Shown one piece after another: positions 53,378 to 64,000 of a stretch of 64,000 nt of DNA. The notes beneath the pieces are model-generated. The model worked only from the letters and a program-made list of their open reading frames with translations. It was not told where the DNA came from and ran no database searches. The stretch lies in NCBI GenBank assembly GCA_951406725.2, contig OX597823.1, forward strand, positions 65,162,001-65,226,000, in the 5' to 3' direction. The stretch is from Octopus vulgaris. Its lineage: Eukaryota. A program made the translations under genes and the position numbers. Position 1 is the stretch's first letter. Each line of letters starts with the position of its first letter.

Positions 53378-53448
<71 letters not shown>

Positions 53449-53561
53449 TTTTCTTCCTTTTTTTCTCTCTTTCTTTCTTTCTTTCTCTCTGTATATATAT
53501 ATAGAGAGAGAGAGAAAGAAAGAAAGAAAGAAGGAGAGATGATGATCATGTTGATGAGAGT

Positions 53562-53596
<35 letters not shown>

Positions 53597-53724
53597 TATA
53601 AAGATAAATATATATATATATATATATATGCATATAAAGATAAATATATATATATATATATAGATGCAGAGAAAAAGAAAGAGAGAAATGATGTTAATAT
53701 CAACATAATCATCGTCTCTCTCCT

Positions 53725-53783
<59 letters not shown>
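53378..53783. repeat. (TTTC)n/(GAAA)n/(TA)n simple repeats
   Basis: Directly visible; source of the KKER and SFFL ORFs. Confidence 0.9.
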
Positions 53784-53785
<2 letters not shown>

Positions 53786-55166
53786 TGTGTGCATCTATAT
53801 ATACTTAATAGCTTGTGTCAAGCATAACTATATGTGTGTGTGTGTGTCTAAGAGAGTGCGTGTGTCTAAGAGAGTGCGTGTGTCTAAGAGAGTGCGTGAT
53901 GACGTGTGTGTGTGAATTTGCGAACGTGTGTTTATATAAATAACATGCTAGAAATATAATATATATACATTGTCATTTATTCGTCATTCTTAAAAGTTCT
54001 TTGTTATCGCATATACCAGGTTTCCATTTTCCATCTCCAGATATATGTTGAAGCTCTTAAAGGGGAGTGCAATAGTAGTTTATCATGCTTTTCATACGAT
54101 TTGAAACCTTGCAGTTAGTAGCTCTGTACTGCATAAACTCTATAGTCGTATTATTGAACTGTTTGTTCTCTCTTCTCAGCTATGTATATGCCGTTGTTGG
54201 CATAAGAAACATTATTGCATATACGGTCTAATGAGTTTCTTCGTGTTACATACAACTAAAACGCGAAATCAAAAATGGTTTTATTCAATATACGCTTTTA
54301 CATTTCAACACAAAATAAAGGCTTTATATATTGTTGTTTTTCTCATTTCCTCACACGGTGAAAAAGAAAAAAAAAAAGCATGTGATTTTCTCTTAGCGAA
54401 AAGTGTAGAATTTATAACTTTAGATATGTTATTGCATCCTCGCCTCTTCGTTTTACTAGTAAACAGAAAGAAGCCAAAAAAAAATGTTGCAAAAAATGAA
54501 ATGCTTGAATATATGTATACAAACACTCACGCACATATATTTATACACAAACACTAACGCACACACACATATATCGTATATGGTAGTTGTTTATGAGGTG
54601 AGAATTCGGTTTAAGTATAAAGTCTGTTGCATCGATGTTAAATTCTGTTACATTTTATGAATGTATGAAGTTCATGAAAAGAAGGAAGGAAGTCTGTATA
54701 TTAATAATATAAACCGATTCTTATTTAACTTATTTAGATATATTCCTTACTCAGTATTACAGGGAAAACCGACAAAGTAACTTATAATTTTGGCACATTT
54801 CTAAAAAGCATTTTGATATATTGGACTTCGTATGTAGCAGCAACGGGTAAAAAACATAAATGATATTCATAGGCGAATATTAATTATGAAAAATGTAATG
54901 GTGATGATGATGATGATGACGACGACGATAATAATAATGTTAATAATAATAATAATAATAATGATGATGATGATGATGATGATGATGATAATAATAAAAC
55001 TGTTACTTAGATATATTTGCTCTACGCTGTATTTTTGTATTATTACTTATCGTATAGCAGCAGAAGATTCGTTCGTCGATAATGCTATATACGAACAACG
55101 TCTTACATGCTTTGTACAATAAGTTCGTTCATTATGAATATAGATTTATGGATTTATATATATTTA

Positions 55167-55323
55167 GGCACAGGCGTGTGGTAAGAAGCTTGCTTCCTAA
55201 CCACATGGTTCCGGGTTCAGTCCCACTGAGTGGTACCTTTGACACGTGTTTTCTACTATAGCCCCAGGCCGACCAAAGCCTTGTGAGTTGATTTGGTAGA
55301 GAGAAACTGAAAAGAAGCCCGTC

Positions 55324-55362
<39 letters not shown>

Positions 55363-55485
55363 TGGTTCTATAAAAGAGACCGGTAAAATAAATACCAAGC
55401 TTACAAAGAATAAGTCTTGGGGTAGATTTCTTCGACTAAATGGTGGTGCTCCAGCATGGCCGTAGTCAAATGACTGAAAGAAATA
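55167..55485 (+). mobile_element. SINE family A with internal deletion
   Basis: GTGTGGTAAGAAGCTTGCTTCCTAACCACATGGTTCCGGGTTCAGTCCCACTG..GGTGCTCCAGCATGGCCGTAGTCAAATGACTGAAA. Confidence 0.9.
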
Positions 55486-56511
55486 AATGAATACATGCAC
55501 ATACGTAGATCCCTATTAATATATATCCATGCGCGCGCTCGTGTATGCGTGTGTGTGTGTGTTGTTTCATTTGATCACTTTAACACTGCTTCGAATTTTG
55601 TACCAAACGATCATGCAACAGATGGCATAGCAAAGAACGCTTTTCGAGTTAGTGACAAAATTATCTTTGACACTGAGTACCAGAACAGCGCTGGGGTATA
55701 ATATATCTAGCAGATCCTAATTGCTTACAACTCATACATCGTTTAGCTTCTGTTTTCATGTAATTTTTCAGGTACAACTTGCTCTCGTAGCGACATTGGA
55801 ACATTCCCCCCCACACACTTCTTTTGTTTTTTCTATTATATTTCTTTACAGTGGGTTGTTGAAACGAGTTTATCCAATTTCTGATGTGAATGCGACGTTC
55901 GGTGATTGACCAGCAAGTATTGAAATCCCTGAAATATCAAATGATCAGTTGTTTCATACATCTGAATAAGGATTGTTGTTAGATGTTCGTCCATTGCTGA
56001 AACTAGATTAAAAAATAAATTCAAAGGAACAGCTTTTCAGTCTGCCTCCACTAATCACCTTTATAATTGTCTTTTATTTCAGATGATACTTTTGCTTTGT
56101 AGATAATTTGTTTTCCTTAAAAATCTTCCATTAAACTGTCATGTCTCTCGTGTACAATTGCATTCAGTTAACTTGACGCTGTTCTGATTAACCATTGAAA
56201 GTTTGCATATTATTTAGCTGAAGCAAACGGGGGTAGTATTCGGGAAAGTTGTTTTCCACGCTTGTTTTGTTATTGCTCCTGGTTAACTAAAAAATTTGTT
56301 TCTTCTTTTATAGTCATAAGGTTGCAATATCTAGTAAATGTATTGGTTGAATGTTGTTCTATCTAAGAATATATTACAGATATTTTTTTTCTTTTCATAT
56401 GCCAGATTCTTTTAAGCAAGAGGTTTATATACTCAGGCATGCTGGCCTACATGCTTGGTATTAACTGGTTTCTAGGTTATATGGCTATGTATGTCTTTAA
56501 TGTATGTGTTT

Positions 56512-56911
56512 GCTGTGTGGTAAGTAGCTTGCTAACCAACCACATGGTTCCGGGTTCAGTCCAACTGCGTGGCATCTTGGGCAAGTATCTTCTGCTATAG
56601 CCCCGGGCCGTCCAATGCCTTTTGAGTGGATTTGGTAGACGGAAACTGAAAGAAGCCCGTCGTATATATGTATATATATATATATATATATACATGTGTG
56701 TGGGGGGTGTTTGTGTGTCTGTGTTTGCCCCCCTAGCATTGCTTGACAACAGATGCTGGTGTGTTTACGTCCCCGTCACTTAGCGGTTCGGCAAAAGAGA
56801 CCGATAGAATAAGTACTGGGCTTACAAAGAATAAGTCCCGGGGTCGATTTGCTCGACTAAAGGCGGTGCTCCAGCTCGGCCGCAGTCAAATGACTGAAAC
56901 AAGTGAAAGAG
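56512..56911 (+). mobile_element. SINE family A, near full length
   Basis: Colinear with 30316-30695, including CTTGGGCAAGT. Confidence 0.92.
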
Positions 56912-56924
56912 TATATATATATAT

Positions 56925-57109
56925 AAAGTTAATCCAAACAAGAAAACACAAAAAGACACAACAACGCTAGGACGTGGAACAAATATAGTATTATTGGACG
57001 CTCAGGAAAGAAGGGAAGAAGGAGGGTTTAATTTTTCGAGCGGAGCTCTTCGTCGGAAACATAGGAGAAGGAAAGATCCCGAGAAGGGAAGACAGAGGAA
57101 AAAAATCGC
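56925..57109 (-). mobile_element. Family P1 element with a hammerhead-like motif at 57026-57060
   Basis: Reverse complement gttt-CCGACGA-A-GAGC TCC GCTC-GAAAAATT-aaac; highly similar to 36815-36997. Confidence 0.72.
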
Positions 57110-57926
57110 ATAATAGGCTCCTGTAATTGTGGTACCCTTTTCCAGGAAATCTGTCATCACTACTCCGTCCTGGTCTCAGAAGACTGTGAGCATGACCTTG
57201 CCAGCGGATGGCTGCACCCTTGTCTTCTTTGGAGGGGGTGAGTCACGGTGCTTCCGCTGCATTGACTGGGCTTTGGTCTCTGGATCATCGTGATGGACCC
57301 AGGTTTCATCCTGTGTAATCAGTCTTTTGAAAAATTTTGACTCGTCTTCTTGGCACATCTCCAAATTCATCCTCGAGCCCTCGACGCGTTCTTGCTTCTG
57401 GAAAGGCGTGAGCAACCTGGGAATCCATCTGGCAGACACCTTTTGCATATGCAAATGGTCATGTATGATAGTTTCCACAGACCCGGTACTAATATTGACC
57501 TCATGGGCTATTTGGCGAATAATTATGCGTCGATCTTCCAAAATGGCAGCCTCAACATGGCAGAAGGGGGCGACCAGATCTGGGAGCTGTTTCCACAGAG
57601 TTCCGACCATGTTTGAATTCACGATGCCAGCGTTTTACAAGGTCATATGATGGGGCATCATCACCATAAGTTACTTTCATTTCATCAAAAGTCTCCCGTG
57701 GTGTGCGTCCTTTCAAATACAAAAACCGGATCACTGCTCGACACTCAACAGGCTCCATTTCACACTTGACTCAGTTCAAACACCTGTAAATCAGAAACCA
57801 CAATTAGGTCAGAGCTGTAATTTGTCACTTACTCTATAGAGATATAAATGATCGCACATGCAAAATTTCAGCTAGATCAAACAACTGCAAATGGGTCAGG
57901 GGCATTACTTATTGAACGTTCCTTCG
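57107..57926 (-). mobile_element. 5' half of a mariner element (irritans/Hsmar2-like), truncated
   Basis: One TIR-like end, TA|CGAAGGAACGTTCAATAAGTAATGCCCC; transposase MEPVECRAVIRFLYLKG..APRSGRP / VSARWIPRLL..ITQDETWVHH..SAGKVMLTVF..LEKGTTITGAYYA, then cut; contains a frameshift and a stop. Confidence 0.92.
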
Positions 57927-58390
57927 TATTTATAGTTTACTATCTGTTTATCTAAGAAATACTATACGTTATAATTATCGTAGATCTATCTTTCCATATT
58001 TTATTTACGGAGTTCTTCCTTCGATAAACTACGTAAATAAAAGCCATTATGTTACTTTCAATAATCTTATATCAATAACAATAAAAAATGAGAGAAATTA
58101 TTGTATGTTATCATTATATAATTTCTATATATTTTCTTTGAGTAATCATAAATATATAAAAAGTAGCGCATATAAATAAATAGTTGATATACTACAAAAA
58201 CGTCATTTCGAAAAGGTTTAGGCATATTTATAGAATAAATATTGCTTTACACTACTTACCCGTCTCTAAAACTAAATAAAACACTGATACTTTATCATTT
58301 ATATATTATTATTAATAATATATATCATTAAAATGTCCAGTGATTATTTTCGATTTAGATATATTTAGATTAATATTATTGGAGATATAT

Positions 58391-58778
58391 GGATGGAAGC
58401 ACTCCGTCGGTTACGACGACGAGGGTTCCGGTTGATCCGATCAACGGAACAGCCTGCTCGTGAAATTAACGTGTAAGTGACTGAACACTCCACAGACACG
58501 TGTACCCTTAACGTAGTTCATGGGGATATTCAGCGTGACACAGAGAGGGACAAGGCCGGCCCCTTTGAAAAACAGGTACAACAGAAACAGGAAGTAAGTG
58601 TGAGAGAGAGTTGTGGTGAAAGAGTACAGCAGGGATCACCACCGTCCCTGCCGGTGCCTCGTGGAGGTTTAGGTGTTTTCGCTCAATAAAGACTCACAAC
58701 GCCCGGGCTGGGAATCGAAACCGCGATCCTATGACCGCGAGTCCGCTGCCCTAACCACTGGGCCATTGCGCCTCGACC
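58391..58778 (-). mobile_element. Full-length SINE family C with 13-bp target-site duplication
   Basis: ATTGGAGATATAT at 58378-58390 and 58779-58791; tRNA-like head GAGGCGCAATGGCCCAGTGGTTAGGGCAGCGGAC..GGTTTCGATTCCC. Confidence 0.93.
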
Positions 58779-59256
58779 ATTGGAGATATATAACAACATT
58801 ATTTAACTGTTGTAAATTTTCTTTACTTAATTATTTTATCTATTTGAATTTTCTTGTTCTCTTATTGTACTTAATATGTATTTGAATTATTAACGCTCAC
58901 ACTCCTGAACTTAGGTATTTTGAATCAGTATTTTGTAAGCTGGCAGTTTTTTACACGGAATTTCGCCTGTCTTTTGGAACCTCGAGGCTCAAGAGACTTG
59001 TATACATAAATATGAATTGTTCATAAATCAAATAATGTATATAAGTCGAAAGAAATTGTTATTTTATCATATATTATATATTATATTATTTTATAATGTA
59101 AATAATTGTTAGACTGTCAATTGTATTTCTCTATTTGATTTATAATTCGTAATTTGTATTTATATCCCTATTTCTGTGGTATTCAACTACCGTACAAGTG
59201 AATATGTTGTTTTAAACCTCTCTGAAGGAAACGGCTTTCCCTTCATTTGTTATATC

Positions 59257-59290
<34 letters not shown>

Positions 59291-59396
59291 GGAGTTAACA
59301 CATAAATGGGAAACAAGGTGGAAAAAAAGAGTACTCAAATACCAGTGGTAGAGTAATATGCTTTATTTAAAACAGCAGAAAATTGCTATAAATAAA

Positions 59397-59450
<54 letters not shown>

Positions 59451-59556
59451 TATATGTATGTATGTATACATTTAATATATATATATATGTATATAGATAT
59501 ATATATATATATATATATATGTGTGGATATATATATATATATGCATGTATGTATGT

Positions 59557-59750
59557 AGGGAGAGTTTACGAAAAGAACAAAAGACGAAGACAGGTGGTGT
59601 ACAAAACAAACAGATGTATTAGTATAACGCTCAGGAATAGAACAAGTCTTTTACGTTTCGAGCCTACGCTCTTCTACAGAAAGGGACACAGAAAAACAAG
59701 GAGAGAAACAAGGAGTGAAAAATGTGTGTAGTGGCTAACGATCTATCATG
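59557..59750 (-). mobile_element. Family P2 short element with a hammerhead-like motif at 59648-59683 (A6U core)
   Basis: Reverse complement cttt-CTGTAGA-A-GAGC GTAG GCTC-GAA-ACGT-A-aaag; lies in TA/TG microsatellite. Confidence 0.72.
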
Positions 59751-59980
59751 CATACATATATGTACCTACCTACATATATATGTAATTATACATGCAGATA
59801 TGGGTACAGGACGTCAGAAAACGAGAACAAAACGAAAAAGGAGACCCCCCCAAAAAAAAACAAAAACAAAAACATGGAAAACGATCTTTTGGTTTTGAAC
59901 AACGTAAACAGCAAATAGAAAAACGAGACAGGCAACATAAAGAACAATCCCTTTATCAGTTGTCCCCTGTTTTATCTACT

Positions 59981-60039
<59 letters not shown>

Positions 60040-61439
60040 AATGTGCATGTGTCTGTGTGTGTGCCTTTTCATGCCTCTGTGTGTCTATATAAATATGTAA
60101 AGGTGTGTATATATACATTTAAATATACACACATGTGTGCATATACATATACATATGTAGGATGCATATAATATAATATATCTATCTATCTATCTATCTG
60201 TCTATTTCTGCAGCATAACATGACAACCCCATAACCTGCGAACAGTTCTATTTCTACAATTTCTAATTGATGTCTAAGTGTATCTTGGAGGTGTAATTCA
60301 ACCACCTCACAACAATCAAATGCTGCATAGATGCAAATGCCGATATGAAATTGGTCAATGTAATTTTGCTGCTGACAACCAGTGGTTTTCTAACCTGCAT
60401 AACTCACTTGGCATCATTAACACTGATAATATGTTTCTATTTCCAAATTCTAATGCATTCAGAAGAAAGCGTAGAATTCTTCAAACATGATTACACGTAT
60501 TATCATTCTTAATGCTATAAATTTAGGTACCTTGACAATTGTTGCCATTCCAATGTCATGAGTTACTCGTTTTTTTTTCCATTTTTTTTCGCCTTCTGAT
60601 CATTGATGTCGTTTACTTCACAGGATTTATCAGCCTTTACTTGTTATTTCCTAGAAAATGTTCTTTTTGGTGTTTCAGAGGGAAACGTGTTTTTTTTCCA
60701 GTTAAGCATGAATTTCTTTGAATTTGTGTAGCTTCAGCTAAGATATGTTTAACCACAGTGATAAGTTTATCGTATACGTTTGTATATGTCGCTGTATACA
60801 TCTGAATACATAGATTAAACAGTACCAGCAAACATATAAAACATATGAAACTCAAACACTCTCTCTCACACACACATACATGAACATACACCGAATATCT
60901 AATATCTACAGGTTTAGCAACAAGAATAAATGCATAGTGATAAAACAAATATAGCAATGCAAGGGGAAAACAAGACCTATAACTCAAATACATGGTGAAA
61001 TACATATATCCACTGTAGTTATGATATTCATAATGTTACAATAGATAGAGAAATATACTTGAAGTTTCACAGAAGGACACATCTATCACTGTTAATAAAC
61101 ACTGAAGGAATATTCCACTGATTTCTAATGTTGACTTAACTTTTGCTTACATTACTTTCATTCTAATACACACATATATACACAGGCACACATATGTGGC
61201 ACACTGCATTTTACCAGAATGTTTTTATTCAGAGTGTCCATTTAAACTTTCCATTCCTTATCCTTGTCTGAAACCGCATTAAGAAACCAGAGGCAGGCTA
61301 GATAATATCCGAATAAAGATAAAATAGATAAAACTAAATGCCAATAATGTCTCTCAAAATATCAATGTTTGTTTTTATTTTTTGTGACACATATATATGT
61401 GTGTATCACACGTACATATATATGAGTATGTGAGTATGC

Positions 61440-61486
<47 letters not shown>

Positions 61487-61594
61487 AGTGTGTGTGTGTG
61501 TGTACGCTCCTTAATGTCGAACGGATGAGAAAGAGTGCTCTATACATGGTAGGGAGGACTATTTGGGTTTAAACTGAAACTGAAATTTTATCTT

Positions 61595-61648
<54 letters not shown>

Positions 61649-62974
61649 CACACACACACACATACACACTAACACACATACATATTAGGACACTGGTAAG
61701 AATTTTACGTTTGAAAATGTTAGTGACATTCAAAAATGTTTACGTTCCTGTGTTATGGGACACTATGCTTTATGGGAAAACATAACTGCGGCTTGTTGTG
61801 TATTGAAATCATAAAATCATGATATGTTTATGCAAACTGTGTGGATTGGTTGTAAATTCATGAAACATTTATTCATAACAGCAGTTGATTTCAGACAAGG
61901 CTATTGTTTCACTAAAGCGTTTTGAATGTAATTATAGAAAACGTGATTTTGAAATACCTTGAATTCTGTGCACTAAACATTAGCATAAGGCGTAGGGATG
62001 TCAGTAATTTCCATGTTGCAGATGTTATTTATTTAGTAGTAATTGTGTACAACTTAGATATTCGACAAGACTTCTTGATATATAACCAGAAAGATTTGGA
62101 GAAGAAATAAAATCTGAATAAACAATATAAGGATAACTGTTAAAACTAAAACAATGCCGCAAATCTTACTGAAATATCAAGGAAAAACGCTCAGATAAGT
62201 TGGTGCAAGTAATTATTTCGGAAAAAGAAAAACAAAAAAAGAAAGAAATCTATAGAGTAAGATGTGAAAACATACAATAAATGAAATACTGTACAGTTGA
62301 AACCATAAAAGCTTAAGCAAAACTTGATCTTTTATAAACGAGAAAATTGTAACAAAAACAGAAATTTCTAAAGAGCAATAACTTCAACTGCTATCTAACT
62401 GTGTAAATCATGAACGTATGATGTCGAAAGTAAGAAAAAGAACATGACTTTTCAAACAAAATGTTACAGACATGTATTTTGCATTCCAAATGCAATACTT
62501 TGCACTAATGGAATTGTTAGGAAAGAAATTGCTGCGAAAACTACGAAAGATGAAATTGTTTTCTCCATTGTTAAAAGGTGGACGATGCAAAGGGTAACTA
62601 TGACAACTTCTATCCAGTGAATAAACTCAAGGAGACAGAAACCCTCAGTTGAAATAGTAATATCAGAAAGGTAATAAGGGTGAGAGTGTAACTTCAAGGA
62701 AGAGAAAGAATACATGGTGGTGTAAATCACGACATTATCTGACGAGTTAGAAAAATGGAAGAACAAGGTTTTTGACTCTTGCTTGCTGGGCACCTATGGA
62801 TTCCCCGTGTTGAAGATTGCGACTTGCGTATATATGTATGTATATACATATATTTCTACATATATACATATATCAATAATAATAGATGGTAAAATTAATT
62901 AATCAATTTATAATTAATAATCTTACCAAGTAGTTCGGTATTTTAAAAGAACTATTATCGGTAAACTTATACAA

Positions 62975-63162
62975 AAATTATTATAATTATAAAAATAATT
63001 ACAATTAGGGTTTCTCTTTCCCTGTGTGAGTTGAGGGTATTGCTGTCTGGGAGATAATATCTTATGGTAGTAGAATAGTATTTAACTGCTATTTCTAAAT
63101 TTCAGTATGTGGTGAAGCAATTTTGTTAAACCCTAATTATAATTATGTTTATAATTATAATA

Positions 63163-63166
<4 letters not shown>
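62975..63166. repeat. 39-bp inverted repeat pair (2 mismatches) adjoining (TA)n
   Basis: 62975-63013 AAATTATTATAATTATAAAAATAATTACAATTAGGGTTT versus the reverse complement of 63128-63166. Confidence 0.75.
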
Positions 63167-63213
<47 letters not shown>

Positions 63214-64000
63214 CCAATGAAAAGAAGACGACAAAGCTAATTCTTACAAAAGACAAAGCTAATTCAAAAGACAAAATTAATTCAAACACATCTTAAATTA
63301 TAAGTTACACACGTTTCCATACCATCTCCATTTGATCGTCAGTTTACGCAGAAAGTCTAAAAGAGAAATTACGTAATTTATGCGTCTTACATTTTGCATC
63401 TATCAAACTTTACATATATATGCGTGTGTGTGTGTTTTGTGTGTATATGTGTGTATGTGTATCTATATATCTGTGAGTTGTGTGTGTGTCTAATAATTTA
63501 AATAAATGTCGGAGTTTGTGATACGTTTAATTTTCAGAATTATCAATTGTCAAATAATTAATGATATATCACCAATATTGCAATATATACTTAAGTCATT
63601 CAACCATCAGTTGCTTTGTAACTGATATATTTTCTCATATTCTTCATATGAAACTCGCATGTTACTCATTTCATAGAGTGGCAGTGACATCCAAGATGGC
63701 GTTCTTTTGTATGTAGTCTGTTGTTTTCATAATCTATACCATCAAGCCAAAATTCAAAATTGATGCAATCGCCTGATACTCCTCCCACAAAAAAAGAAAA
63801 CTGGCCTTGTGTCTAAATGAATAAGAAACTATAAATTATTCTTTCAATTTCTGAATCTGTGCTTTGTTATGCCATATAATTTATATTTCAATGGGTGCTC
63901 AACACGAACACAAGCGATACTTGATTTTAACTTGTAAATACAGAAAGGGAATTTAAGCCATTATGATGCATCTTGTCCAATGGCATGCTTCCTTGTAACT

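Noticed and set aside
54040-54120. Good acceptor followed by IYVEALKGE.. as a possible next CFAP65 exon
   Set aside because: No similarity to the expected downstream segment and no strong donor before the stop.
58690-58774. tRNA-like sequence with A and B boxes
   Set aside because: It is the head of a multi-copy SINE with a target-site duplication, not a tRNA gene.

Overview
AT-rich, microsatellite-dense eukaryotic intronic DNA. The SINE families point to an octopus genome (inference). The only host coding sequence I can support is three phase-0 exons on the + strand (14162-14317, 23639-23782, 38984-39100). They splice in frame to a peptide resembling CFAP65/CCDC108 and are separated by 9.3 kb and 15.2 kb introns. 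The rest is transposon-derived: degenerate Tc1/mariner elements (rosa-like, mellifera-like, irritans-like), a Tigger/pogo fossil, several MITEs and palindromes, at least three tRNA-derived SINE families and possible LINE relics. Nearly all ORF-track entries are microsatellite or repeat artefacts. The most notable signal is about a dozen minimal type-I hammerhead-ribozyme-like motifs from several unrelated short elements, most ending in (TA)n tracts. They include a canonical-core copy, U3-A8 compensatory variants, a family-wide A6U variant, and a 362-bp retrozyme/pLTR-like unit with a terminal direct repeat. All family assignments come from recalled motifs, not database searches.
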